Shown: positions 17,333 to 25,419, counted from the stretch's first letter. The stretch is 32,000 bases of DNA from Alkalilimnicola ehrlichii MLHE-1 (GCF_000014785.1 NC_008340.1:1890001-1922000), one strand, 5' to 3'. Notes: generated by a model not told the origin, from the letters alone. Numbers and translations are program-made.

Positions 17333-18604
17333 ATGATCTTCGAAAGCTTCAACACGGCGTTGACGGCCTATTTCGCCGCCGTGTTCGTCCTTGCAGTGAT
17401 ACTCGGTGCGGTGGTTAATAAGACCAACTTCTGCACCATGGGGGCGGTCTCCGACGTGGTCAACATGCAGGACTGGGGCCGGATGCGGGCCTGGTTCCTG
17501 GCCATCCTGGTGGCCATGTTGGGGGTCATTCTCTTCGAGGCCGCCGGCCTGATCGACCTGAGCAGCACCCAACCCCCCTACCGCCGGGCGCAGTTTCCCG
17601 TGGTGGAGTACATCCTCGGGGGGCTGATCTTCGGTATCGGCATGACCCTGGCCAGCGGCTGTGGCAACAAGACGCTCATCCGCGTTGGTGGCGGCAACAT
17701 CAAATCCATTCTGGTCATGGTGGTGCTGGGGATCGTCGCCTACTACACCATCAACCCCATCCCCGGCACCGAGCACAACCTGCGCGGCCTGCTGGTCTGG
17801 TGGTGGAGCTCGCCGTTGGCGATCGAGTTTTCCGTAGCCCAGGACGTTGGGCACGTGCTCGCCGGGCCGGACAACGCCACCGGCGTCCGGTTGATGATCG
17901 GCCTCGCCCTGGTGGCCGGCGTCGGCTGGTGGATATTCCGCTCCGCGGAGTTCCGAAGCAACCGCGACAACATCGTGGCCGGCGTCGTGATCGGCCTTTG
18001 CATTGCCCTGGCCTGGCTGGTTACCGACAACATTCGACTGCAGGATAGCTGGGGCGACGAGCATTCGCTGCCCGGCTACGTCCAGGAGTGGGATTTCGTC
18101 ACCGACGGGGAGGAGGCCTTCCGCCCTGCCAGCGCCGGCGGGGTGAACACCCAGTCCTTCACCTTCATTGGCCCCATCGCGCAGACGATCAATTATTTGG
18201 CCCGTGGCGCCGACAATGCCTATCTGACCTTCGGCGTGGTCTCCGTCAGCGGGGTGATACTCGGCTCCCTGCTCTGGGCGCTGCTCAGCCGGAGCTTCCG
18301 GGTCGAGTGGTTCGTCAATGGCCGCGACGTGCTCAACCATTTGGTCGGCGCGGCCTTGATGGGTTTCGGCGGCGTGATGGCCATGGGCTGCACCATCGGC
18401 CAGGGTGTCACCGGGCTGTCGACCCTCGCCCTCAGTGGCTTCTTTACCCTGGGCTCGATCATACTGGGCAGTGCACTGACCATGAAAATCCAGTACTACA
18501 AGATGCTATACGATGAGGAGGCGACCTTTGCCAAGGCGCTGATCACCGGCCTGGTGGACATGAAGCTGTTGCCCGGCTCCCTGCGCAAGCTCGAAGCGCT
18601 CTGA
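17333..18604 (+). CDS. YeeE/YedE-family sulfur-compound (thiosulfate-type) permease, two-repeat form
   Basis: 423-aa polytopic protein with the family's conserved Cys-containing loops (NFCTMGAV, LASGCGNKTLIR, AMGCTIGQG). It starts 30 nt after dsrN and has a GGAGGAG RBS. Confidence 0.8.
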   Translation: MIFESFNTALTAYFAAVFVLAVILGAVVNKTNFCTMGAVSDVVNMQDWGRMRAWFLAILVAMLGVILFEAAGLIDLSSTQPPYRRAQFPVVEYILGGLIFGIGMTLASGCGNKTLIRVGGGNIKSILVMVVLGIVAYYTINPIPGTEHNLRGLLVWWWSSPLAIEFSVAQDVGHVLAGPDNATGVRLMIGLALVAGVGWWIFRSAEFRSNRDNIVAGVVIGLCIALAWLVTDNIRLQDSWGDEHSLPGYVQEWDFVTDGEEAFRPASAGGVNTQSFTFIGPIAQTINYLARGADNAYLTFGVVSVSGVILGSLLWALLSRSFRVEWFVNGRDVLNHLVGAALMGFGGVMAMGCTIGQGVTGLSTLALSGFFTLGSIILGSALTMKIQYYKMLYDEEATFAKALITGLVDMKLLPGSLRKLEAL

Positions 18605-18623
18605 TCGGCGCCAAGGCAGAGGC

Positions 18624-20378
18624 ATGCTGAAACGGCTCCTACCCTTCCTGGCCTGGCCCCGGCCCACCGCCGACACGCTCAAGGCCGACCTGTTGGCCGG
18701 CGTCACGGTGGCGCTGGTCCTGGTACCACAGTCCATGGCCTACGCCACCCTGGCCGGCATGCCGCCCTACTACGGGCTGTATGCCGCCTTCCTGCCGGTG
18801 ATCGTGGCCGCCCTCTGGGGCTCGTCACCGCAACTGGCCACCGGGCCGGTGGCCGTGGTGGCGCTGCTGACGGCCGCGGCGCTGGCCCCGTTGGCGGAAG
18901 CGGGCAGCGGCGAGTTCATCACCCTGGCCATCGCCCTGGCCTTCATGGTCGGGGTGATCCAACTCCTGCTCGGCGCCTTCCGACTCGGCACCCTGGTGAA
19001 CTTCATCTCCCACCCGGTCATCATCGGGTTCACCAACGCCGCCGCCATCGTGATTGTGCTCTCCCAACTGGGTAGCCTGCTGGGGCTGTCGATGGACCGC
19101 AGCGGCAGTTTCCTGCTGGGGGTGCTCGACCTGTTGCAACGGGTGCCCCAGGCCCACGGGCCAACCGTACTGATGGGACTGGCGGCCATCGCCATGATGG
19201 TGGGGTGCAAGCGCTGGCTGCCGCGGATCCCCGGGGTGTTGCTGGCCGTCGCCGTACTCACGCCGGTCAGCCTATGGCTGGATTTCGAGGGCATGGGCGG
19301 CGCGGTGGTGGGCGGCATCCCGGAGGGCTTACCCACCCTGGGGATCCCGGAACTCGGCGTCACCACGGTCACCACGCTGATGACCACGGCACTGGTCATC
19401 GCCCTGGTCGCCTTCATGGAGGCGATCTCCATCGCCAAGGCCATCGCCACCCGGACCCGCGACCGTATCGATCCCAACCAGGAGTTGATCGGGCAGGGGC
19501 TGGGCAATCTGGTGGGCAGCTTCTCCAGCGCCTTTCCGGTCAGCGGTTCCTTCTCCCGCTCAGCCGTCAACTACAACGCCGGTGCCCGGACCGGGCTGTC
19601 CTCGGTCATCACCGGGTTGCTGGTGGCGCTCACCCTGCTCTTCCTCACCCCCCTGCTCTACCACCTGCCGCTGGCGGTGCTCGCGGCCATCATCATGATG
19701 GCGGTACTGGGCCTGGTGAACGTGAAGGCGGTGCGCCACGCCTGGCAGGCCAAACGCGACGATGGGATCGCGGCCGTGGTCACCTTCAGCGCCACCCTGA
19801 TCTTTGCCCCCCACCTGGATTACGGCATCCTGCTCGGCGCGGGGCTGGCCATCGTGCTCTATCTGTTACGGACCATGAAGCCACGGGTGGTGCTGCTCGC
19901 ACGCCACCCCGACGGCACCCTGCGCGATGCCGAGTACTTCGACCTGCCCCGCAGCCCCTACATCGCCGCCGTACGCTTCGACGGGGATCTCTATTTCGCC
20001 AACGTGGGCTACTTCGAGGACGCCATCCTCGATGCCCGGGCCCGACACCCGGAAGCGCGCTTCGTCCTCGTGGTGGCCAACGGCATCAACCAGATCGACG
20101 CCTCGGGCGAGGAGACCCTGCACAAACTGGCGGAGAACCTCCACGCCAGCGGCAGCACCCTGGTCCTGGCCGGTCTGAAGCTGCCTCTCCAGGAACTGCT
20201 GGAACGGACGGGGCTGAAGGAGGTAATTGGCGACGAGAATATCTACCGCAACGAACGCCACGCCCTGGCGGCGATTTATCAACGGATGGATGTACCCGGG
20301 TTTGATCCCGCGCGCTGCCCCCTGAACCCGGAGCCCGCGGGTGAAGCCGGCATCGCGGACAGCGCCGCCGAACGCTGA
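18624..20378 (+). CDS. SulP-family inorganic anion transporter with C-terminal STAS domain
   Basis: N-terminal motif LLAGVTVALVLVPQSMAYATLAGMPP, about 10-12 TM segments, and a STAS-like tail (FVLVVANGINQIDASGEETL...LVLAGLK). It starts 19 nt after the YeeE-like gene. Confidence 0.88.
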   Translation: MLKRLLPFLAWPRPTADTLKADLLAGVTVALVLVPQSMAYATLAGMPPYYGLYAAFLPVIVAALWGSSPQLATGPVAVVALLTAAALAPLAEAGSGEFITLAIALAFMVGVIQLLLGAFRLGTLVNFISHPVIIGFTNAAAIVIVLSQLGSLLGLSMDRSGSFLLGVLDLLQRVPQAHGPTVLMGLAAIAMMVGCKRWLPRIPGVLLAVAVLTPVSLWLDFEGMGGAVVGGIPEGLPTLGIPELGVTTVTTLMTTALVIALVAFMEAISIAKAIATRTRDRIDPNQELIGQGLGNLVGSFSSAFPVSGSFSRSAVNYNAGARTGLSSVITGLLVALTLLFLTPLLYHLPLAVLAAIIMMAVLGLVNVKAVRHAWQAKRDDGIAAVVTFSATLIFAPHLDYGILLGAGLAIVLYLLRTMKPRVVLLARHPDGTLRDAEYFDLPRSPYIAAVRFDGDLYFANVGYFEDAILDARARHPEARFVLVVANGINQIDASGEETLHKLAENLHASGSTLVLAGLKLPLQELLERTGLKEVIGDENIYRNERHALAAIYQRMDVPGFDPARCPLNPEPAGEAGIADSAAER

Positions 20379-20414
20379 CACGGGTCATGGCATGCGCCTG
20401 CGGGCGGCGTGACA

Positions 20415-20440
20415 GGGCCGTCCTGAGGGCCCCAGCTTTT
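20415..20440 (+). terminator. Weak candidate terminator after the SulP gene
   Basis: 5-bp GC stem, GGGCC (20415-20419) pairing with GGCCC (20428-20432), with an 8-nt loop, then CAGCTTTT. It lies in the 71-nt convergent gap. The stem is short. Confidence 0.25.
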
Positions 20441-20449
20441 GGAAGATGA

Positions 20450-21115
20450 CTAACCCTTTTCGCGGCGGGTCAGCCCCAGGTCCACCGCCTTGACCGCCGC
20501 TTCGACCCGCGATTTCACGCCCAGCTTGCGCAGAATGGACTTGATGTGAAGCTTGACCGTGCCATCCGAAACCCCGAGTTCACGCGCAATGACCTTGTTG
20601 CTCTCGGCCCGGGCCACGTGCATGAGAATCTCCCGCTCGCGGGGCGTCAGTGCAGCGAAGGGGTCCGGCGGACGGGACGCCTCGGCACCCTCCCGCTGGC
20701 TGCGACCGCCTGCCATCATCTGGACCAGGGTATCGGTCAGACGGCTGGCGACGGCGGTCTGACCGGCCAGGACCTTTTCCAGCCCCTGGATCAGTTCCGC
20801 CGGTTCCGCGTCCTTGACCAGGTAGCCGTTGGCGCCGGCCTGCAGGGCCTGCAGCAGATCACGCTCCTCGTCGCTCGAGGTGAGCATCACCACCGGCAAT
20901 TCCGAATCCCGGCTGCGAATGCGCTTGAGCACCTCCAGCCCGCCGGAGCCCGGCATACGCAGATCCAGCAGCACCACGTCGGGAGGGCTCTTGGCCAGCG
21001 CACTGAGGGCCTCGATCTCGGTGCCTGCGTGTTCCACCTGATACCCATGCTGGCTGAGCATGTCGCCCAGCGCCACCCGCAAAAGGGTGTGATCATCCAC
21101 CAGCAGGAGCCGCAT
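20450..21115 (-). CDS. NarL/FixJ-family response regulator (REC + LuxR-type HTH)
   Basis: MRLLLVDDH...VVLLDLRMPG receiver domain and a C-terminal LTPREREIL...SDGTVKLHIKSILRKLGV HTH. ATG 21115 overlaps the kinase stop by 1 nt (TGATG), so it is preferred over the track start at 21142. Confidence 0.9.
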   Translation of the reverse strand: MRLLLVDDHTLLRVALGDMLSQHGYQVEHAGTEIEALSALAKSPPDVVLLDLRMPGSGGLEVLKRIRSRDSELPVVMLTSSDEERDLLQALQAGANGYLVKDAEPAELIQGLEKVLAGQTAVASRLTDTLVQMMAGGRSQREGAEASRPPDPFAALTPREREILMHVARAESNKVIARELGVSDGTVKLHIKSILRKLGVKSRVEAAVKAVDLGLTRREKG

Positions 21116-22455
21116 CAGCCCCGTTCCTCCCGACCGGGGCAACGGCCGCAGGAAGGCAGATAGACGGCGATCCGGGTCCCCTCCCCCAGTTCGCTTTGGA
21201 TCTCCAGATGGCCGCCGATGGCGTCGGCGCGGTCGCGCATCACGCCCAGGCCCAAGTGGTGGCCGTCGTCACCGTCACGGTGATCCGGCGGCGAATCGGC
21301 GAAACCGCGCCCGTCGTCCTCCACCACCAGCTCCATGTCGCAGCCAATCCGGTGCAAGGCCACCTGAACATGGCGGGCGCCGCTGTGGTTCCTGACATTG
21401 TTCAGCGCCTCCTGCACGATACGCAGGACCTGGAACTCTTGGTCGGGACTGAGCCGTCCCCGCGGCCAGTCATGGCTGAGCAGCACCCGGATGCCGCTAT
21501 CGCGCTGGAAACGGTGCACCAGCCGTTTGAGCGCGGGCTCCAGGCCACCCCCCTCCAGGGCGATACGGAATTGCCCCATGAGTTGACGCAGTTCGCCATA
21601 GGCCTGGTCCAGGCCGCGCCGCACATGGCGCAGGCCGGCACGCAGCCCGCCCGGCGCCCGTCCACCGCCGTGGCTGGCCTCCAGGTTGCGCACCTCCAGG
21701 CCCAACGCCGCCAACCGCTGGGCGAGGCAATCGTGGAGTTCGTGGGTGATCTGGCTGCGCTCCTGCTCCAGCGATTGCAGGCGGGCCTCGCTCTCGCGCC
21801 GGATGCGCTCCATCGCCAGCCCGAGGTGCTCGCCGGCCATCTGCAGCATGCGGTGCAGATTGAGCTGCTGCCACTGCTGCAGCATGACCGGCTCGAGGAA
21901 CAGGCTGAACACGCCCAGGCGGCGGTCGTCAGCGGTCAACGGCACCGCCAGCAGGTGCAGGTCCTCGTGCCCGATGGGGCGCTGGTAGCGCTTATGGCGG
22001 CAACCCTTCATACCGGGGTTGGAGATCAGACATCCGCGGAGGGCGGCCTCACCACAGGCGCAGTCCTCCGGCCGGACCCCACAGTCGTTTTCGGGGTAGT
22101 CGTCGCCGACGCCACGGGCGGCCACCAGGCGCAGCGTGCCCTCTGCGTCCATACGGCGGACCACGCCGGCAGTGGCCCCGGTGGCGCGCATCAATTGCTC
22201 CAGCGCTCCACTGAGCAGGGTTTCCAGATCATCACAGCGTTCGCTGGAGGTGCTCAGCGTATACAGCACTTCCATGGCCCGCGCACGCTCGCGCAGGGCC
22301 ACGATCTCGTCGTTCTCAGGGCCCGCCCGGTCATGCGGCGGAACCGCGTTGCTCTCCGCCGGCACCTCCACGAGCGAGACGGGCAGGCGTTTTCCCATAG
22401 GCACCATCGACCGAGCCGCGGAATGGAACCATGCGGGCGCATTCACGTTACCCAT
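21115..22455 (-). CDS. Soluble GAF-domain sensor histidine kinase (HisKA_3 / HATPase_c)
   Basis: HisKA_3 H-box ITHELHDCLAQRLAAL and ATPase N/G boxes (QEALNNVRNH, DDGRGF, GLGVMRDRA). I see no TM segments. The N-terminal GAF-like region carries a Cys cluster (DCGVRPEDCACGEAALRGC...GCRH). RBS GGAGGA lies 5 nt upstream of the ATG. Confidence 0.85.
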   Translation of the reverse strand: MGNVNAPAWFHSAARSMVPMGKRLPVSLVEVPAESNAVPPHDRAGPENDEIVALRERARAMEVLYTLSTSSERCDDLETLLSGALEQLMRATGATAGVVRRMDAEGTLRLVAARGVGDDYPENDCGVRPEDCACGEAALRGCLISNPGMKGCRHKRYQRPIGHEDLHLLAVPLTADDRRLGVFSLFLEPVMLQQWQQLNLHRMLQMAGEHLGLAMERIRRESEARLQSLEQERSQITHELHDCLAQRLAALGLEVRNLEASHGGGRAPGGLRAGLRHVRRGLDQAYGELRQLMGQFRIALEGGGLEPALKRLVHRFQRDSGIRVLLSHDWPRGRLSPDQEFQVLRIVQEALNNVRNHSGARHVQVALHRIGCDMELVVEDDGRGFADSPPDHRDGDDGHHLGLGVMRDRADAIGGHLEIQSELGEGTRIAVYLPSCGRCPGREERG

Positions 22456-22613
22456 TGCACTCCTCCAGTCAGGGCCTTGTTACCGAGGGGCCTGACGCTT
22501 CCTCAACCGCCCGGGGGCGTTGTCGTTATAGTGGTGAACCGCGTCGTCCTGATGCCGGGGCATCGCAGCCGCGATTCACTGCTGTGAGCCCTCTTCGGGG
22601 CTTCTTACATTCA

Positions 22614-22642
22614 AAAATACAATAAGGTTATTCCATTGGCAA
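22614..22642 (-). promoter_or_regulatory. Candidate sigma70 promoter for the kinase/regulator operon
   Basis: On the minus strand: TTGCCA (22642-22637), a 17-nt spacer, then TATTTT (22619-22614). It lies in an AT-rich island about 160 nt upstream of the kinase ATG. Pattern match only. Confidence 0.3.
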
Positions 22643-22753
22643 AGGTCTGGCCAAGCGAATCCTTGGTTCGCAACCGTTTCTTGCGTCATATCTCATTTCT
22701 CTGATTTTTTCGCTTGGTATTCCGACCGCGCGCCCGGGCGGATCGATCGTGCC

Positions 22754-22771
22754 CTATCCCCTTTGGGATAG
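22754..22771. promoter_or_regulatory. Palindromic operator candidate CTATCCC-CTTT-GGGATAG upstream of the small ORF/tusA unit
   Basis: Perfect 7-nt inverted arms with a 4-nt spacer. The core 16-mer is identical to 3828-3843. It lies 98 nt upstream of ATG 22869, in the divergent region shared with the two-component operon. Confidence 0.45.
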
Positions 22772-22868
22772 GCCCCACCCCACCCCCCTCCCATCAGACG
22801 GATTGTCGCTCTGGCGCAGACTGGCGATGCTCCCACCTGAGCATCAATCCGCATGACTGGGAGGGCCC

Positions 22869-23066
22869 ATGGATCAGACCTACTACAAGACCATCACCCA
22901 GCTCGAGGAGCGCGGCGTGGACCCGGAATACCTCCAGGGCTGGGTCGGGGGGTATCTCCACAATCCCCCGCGGGAGGAGCAACGCGTCACCGCGGCCTAC
23001 GAGGCCGGGTACCAGGACGGCCGGGCCGGGAGCACCGATAGCGCCCAGCAATGGCAGCGCCATTGA
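22869..23066 (+). CDS. Small conserved-looking hypothetical protein (65 aa)
   Basis: Strong G/C bias at third codon positions, GGAGG 4 nt upstream of the ATG, a non-repetitive sequence (MDQTYYKTITQLEERGVDPEYLQGWVGGYLHNPP...), and it ends 34 nt before tusA. No family recognised. Confidence 0.5.
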   Translation: MDQTYYKTITQLEERGVDPEYLQGWVGGYLHNPPREEQRVTAAYEAGYQDGRAGSTDSAQQWQRH

Positions 23067-23100
23067 CCCCACAACCCGTCATCATCACAGCGAGAGAGGC

Positions 23101-23340
23101 ATGGAAACCATGAGTATTGATCAGGAACTCGACGCTAGCGGTCTCAACTGCCCCCTGCCCATTCTGCAGGCCAAGAAACAACTGGCCAAAATGGAGGGCG
23201 GCCAGACCCTGCGCATCATCGCCACGGACCCCGGTTCAGTGAAAGACTTCGATTCCTTCGCCAAACAAACCGGCCACGAACTGCTGGAGAACGGCGAGGA
23301 AGGCGGCAAATTCACGTTCCTAATAAAGAAAAAGGGCTAA
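23101..23340 (+). CDS. tusA: TusA/SirA-family sulfur carrier protein
   Basis: DASGLNCPLPILQAKK carries the CPxP active-site motif. About 79 aa, with RBS GAGAGAGG upstream of ATG 23101 (alternative ATG at 23110). Track ORF 22714..23340 is an implausible Pro/Arg/Ser-rich N-terminal extension. Confidence 0.85.
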   Translation: METMSIDQELDASGLNCPLPILQAKKQLAKMEGGQTLRIIATDPGSVKDFDSFAKQTGHELLENGEEGGKFTFLIKKKG

Positions 23341-23433
23341 TACTTCGCCCTGCCACAAAGAACGATATAACGATTTAAAAAGCCGAAGTTCGGGCCCGCA
23401 TCGCCACCATGCCGGGCTTGGAGGAGAGTGAAG

Positions 23434-24072
23434 ATGCAACACAAAGGCTTAAGGGCCACTCTGGCCACCCTGGCGCTCGCCGGCGGGCTGCTTGCCACCG
23501 GCTGGGCGGTCGCGGAGGTCACCACGCCCTCCGGAAAAATGCTGGCCAACACCTGCAGCGGCTGTCACGGCACCGACGGCGTCAGCCATGGCCCCACCAT
23601 CCCCACCATCGCCGGCCAGCCCGAAGAATACTTCATCTACGTGATGCGCAAGTACCACACGGGCGATGCGCCCGGCTCGGTCATGAACCGGGTGGGGGAG
23701 GGCTATACCGACGCTGAGATCCGCGCGATGGCGGAGTACTACGCCGCCGTTGATTATGTCCCCGCCCAACAGGACTACGACACCGATCTGGCCCGCCGCG
23801 GCGCGGAGCTGCACGAGCAGAGCTGTGCCAGCTGCCACACCGCCAACGGCACCGTTGGCGAGGACGACCTGCCCATCATTGCCGGCCAATGGGCCCCCCA
23901 CCTGCGCTACACACTGGTCGATTACCTCCAGTTCGGACGCCCCTTCACCGAGGGCAAGCGTTCGCAGTTCATGGAGATCGCCCAGGGCTACTCCACCGAG
24001 GAGATTTTGGAGAACATCGACGCCCTGGTGCATTTCTATGTCAGTCAGCAGGATCCGGAGCTCTTCGAGTAA
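23434..24072 (+). CDS. fccA: Flavocytochrome c sulfide dehydrogenase, dihaem cytochrome c subunit
   Basis: Sec signal LATLALAGGLLATGWAVA and two CxxCH motifs (CSGCHG, CASCHT), directly upstream of fccB. ATG 23434 with GGAGGAG 7 nt upstream is preferred over the GTG at 23428. Confidence 0.85.
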   Translation: MQHKGLRATLATLALAGGLLATGWAVAEVTTPSGKMLANTCSGCHGTDGVSHGPTIPTIAGQPEEYFIYVMRKYHTGDAPGSVMNRVGEGYTDAEIRAMAEYYAAVDYVPAQQDYDTDLARRGAELHEQSCASCHTANGTVGEDDLPIIAGQWAPHLRYTLVDYLQFGRPFTEGKRSQFMEIAQGYSTEEILENIDALVHFYVSQQDPELFE

Positions 24073-24099
24073 CCCGGCGGGATCGACCAAGGAGGCACC

Positions 24100-25413
24100 A
24101 TGTCACAGCTTAATCGTAGGGATTTTCTGAAACTCGCCGGCTCCTCCGGGCTGGTCGCCGGTCTCCCGGCTACCGGCCTGCTGACCAGCGGCGGCGCCCG
24201 GGCCAGCAGCAACGGACGGGTGGTGATCATCGGCGGCGGCACCGGTGGCGCCACCGCCGCCCGTTACATCAAGCGCGCCTCACCCGGCACCGAGGTCACC
24301 CTCATCGAGGCCAAGCCGGTCCACCACACCTGCTACGTTAGCAACACGGTGATCGCCAGCCTGCGCGACCTGGATGACATCGCCCACGGCTACGACGGCC
24401 TGCGAGCGCTCGGCATCAACGTAGTCATCGACAAGGCCACCGCCATCGACGGCGAGGCGCAGACCGTCCGCACCGAGGGTGGCGAAACCTTCGAATACGA
24501 CCGCCTGGTGGTCTCGCCGGGCATCGAGCTGAAGTACGACGCCATCGAGGGTTATAGCGAGGCAGCCGCTGAGACCATGCCCCACGCCTGGATCGCCGGC
24601 GACCAGACCACTCGGCTGCGCGATCAGATCCGCGCCATGCCCGAGGGCGGGCTGGTGGTGCTGGCGCCGCCGCCGAACCCCTACCGCTGCCCACCCGGGC
24701 CCTATGAGCGGGCCTCGCTGATCGCCCACTACCTCAAGGCGCACAAGCCCGGCTCCAAACTGCTCATCCTCGACAGCAAGAACGCCTTCTCCAAGCAGGG
24801 TCTGTTCGAGCAGGGCTGGGAGATGTACTACTCGGACATCATTGAATGGGTGCCGGAGTCCGACTCCGCCGGCGGTGTCACCCGGGTCGATGCGGACAAC
24901 ATGACCGTCCACACCCCCTTCGACGACTTCGAACCGGACGTGGCCAATATCATTCCCGCCCAGAGGGCAGGCCGTATCGCGATTGAGGCGGGGCTCACCG
25001 ACGGCGGTGACTGGTGTCCGGTGGACCGGCGCACCTTCGAGTCCACGGTCATTCCGAACATCCACGTCATTGGTGATGCCTCCATCGCGGCGGCCATGCC
25101 GAAGTCCGGCTACTCGGCCAACTCCCAGGCCAAGGTCACCGCCCTGGCCATCGCGGCCTACCTGAACGGCATGGAGCCGGAGGCCGACCCGCGGTTCGCC
25201 AATGCCTGCTACAGCCTGGTCACGCCGGACCACTCGGTGTCGGTCAACGCCGTCTACAAGCTCAAGGAGGATCCCGACGCACCGGCCGGGGTCGCCCTCG
25301 ACAACATCGCCGGGGGCGTCTCGCCCATCGATGCGTCACAGACGTATCGGCGGCGCGAAGCCGCCTTCACCGAGAGTTGGTATCGCAATTTCCCCAAGGA
25401 TATCTGGGGTTAG
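24100..25413 (+). CDS. fccB: Flavocytochrome c sulfide dehydrogenase, FAD-binding subunit
   Basis: Tat signal [10 protein letters not shown] and the FAD fold [16 protein letters not shown]. Its length and pairing with a dihaem cytochrome are typical of FccB/SoxF. Confidence 0.88.
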   Translation: MSQLNRRDFLKLAGSSGLVAGLPATGLLTSGGARASSNGRVVIIGGGTGGATAARYIKRASPGTEVTLIEAKPVHHTCYVSNTVIASLRDLDDIAHGYDGLRALGINVVIDKATAIDGEAQTVRTEGGETFEYDRLVVSPGIELKYDAIEGYSEAAAETMPHAWIAGDQTTRLRDQIRAMPEGGLVVLAPPPNPYRCPPGPYERASLIAHYLKAHKPGSKLLILDSKNAFSKQGLFEQGWEMYYSDIIEWVPESDSAGGVTRVDADNMTVHTPFDDFEPDVANIIPAQRAGRIAIEAGLTDGGDWCPVDRRTFESTVIPNIHVIGDASIAAAMPKSGYSANSQAKVTALAIAAYLNGMEPEADPRFANACYSLVTPDHSVSVNAVYKLKEDPDAPAGVALDNIAGGVSPIDASQTYRRREAAFTESWYRNFPKDIWG

Positions 25414-25419
25414 ACCGCG

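Noticed and set aside
15917-18340. 807-aa minus-strand ORF, the longest in the track. Similar long antisense ORFs are at 10206..12464 (752 aa), 8401..10251 (616 aa), 5275..6840 (521 aa), 14452..15993 (513 aa), 26918..28399 (493 aa), 25367..26800 (477 aa), 1398..2696 + (432 aa) and 21196..22587 + (463 aa).
   Set aside because: Each lies exactly opposite a gene with unmistakable family motifs (dsrN/YeeE, dsrL, dsrK, dsrB, dsrP, soeA, the kinase and so on). Their translations are low-complexity G/A/R/P/H/V/L-rich strings with no motifs. Stop-free antisense frames are expected at this GC content.
22637-22652. Sigma54-like TGGCA element (TTGGCAAAGGTCTGGCC) in the tusA-side control region
   Set aside because: The downstream element is TGGC rather than the TTGC/GC -12 box at the correct spacing. 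The same bases are better explained as a minus-strand -35 hexamer.
22714-23100. N-terminal 129-codon extension of tusA (track ORF 22714..23340, 208 aa)
   Set aside because: The extension is Pro/Arg/Ser/Thr-rich with no homology, and it overlaps the better-supported 65-aa ORF in another frame. TusA-family proteins are about 75-80 aa, and ATG 23101 has a good RBS.
23341-23353. 13-nt identity (tacttcgccctgc) between the first bases of the window (1-13) and the sequence right after the tusA stop
   Set aside because: It is short. One copy is inside rhodanese coding sequence and the other is intergenic. There is no extended similarity or inverted partner, and the window start is arbitrary. Most likely chance.
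23361-23378. AT-rich direct repeat AACGAT-AT-AACGAT with a TATAAC -10-like hexamer upstream of fccA
   Set aside because: No acceptable -35 lies at 16-18 nt (best is TTCGCC), and the repeat is only 6 nt. This is insufficient to call a promoter or operator, although fccAB may well have its own promoter here.
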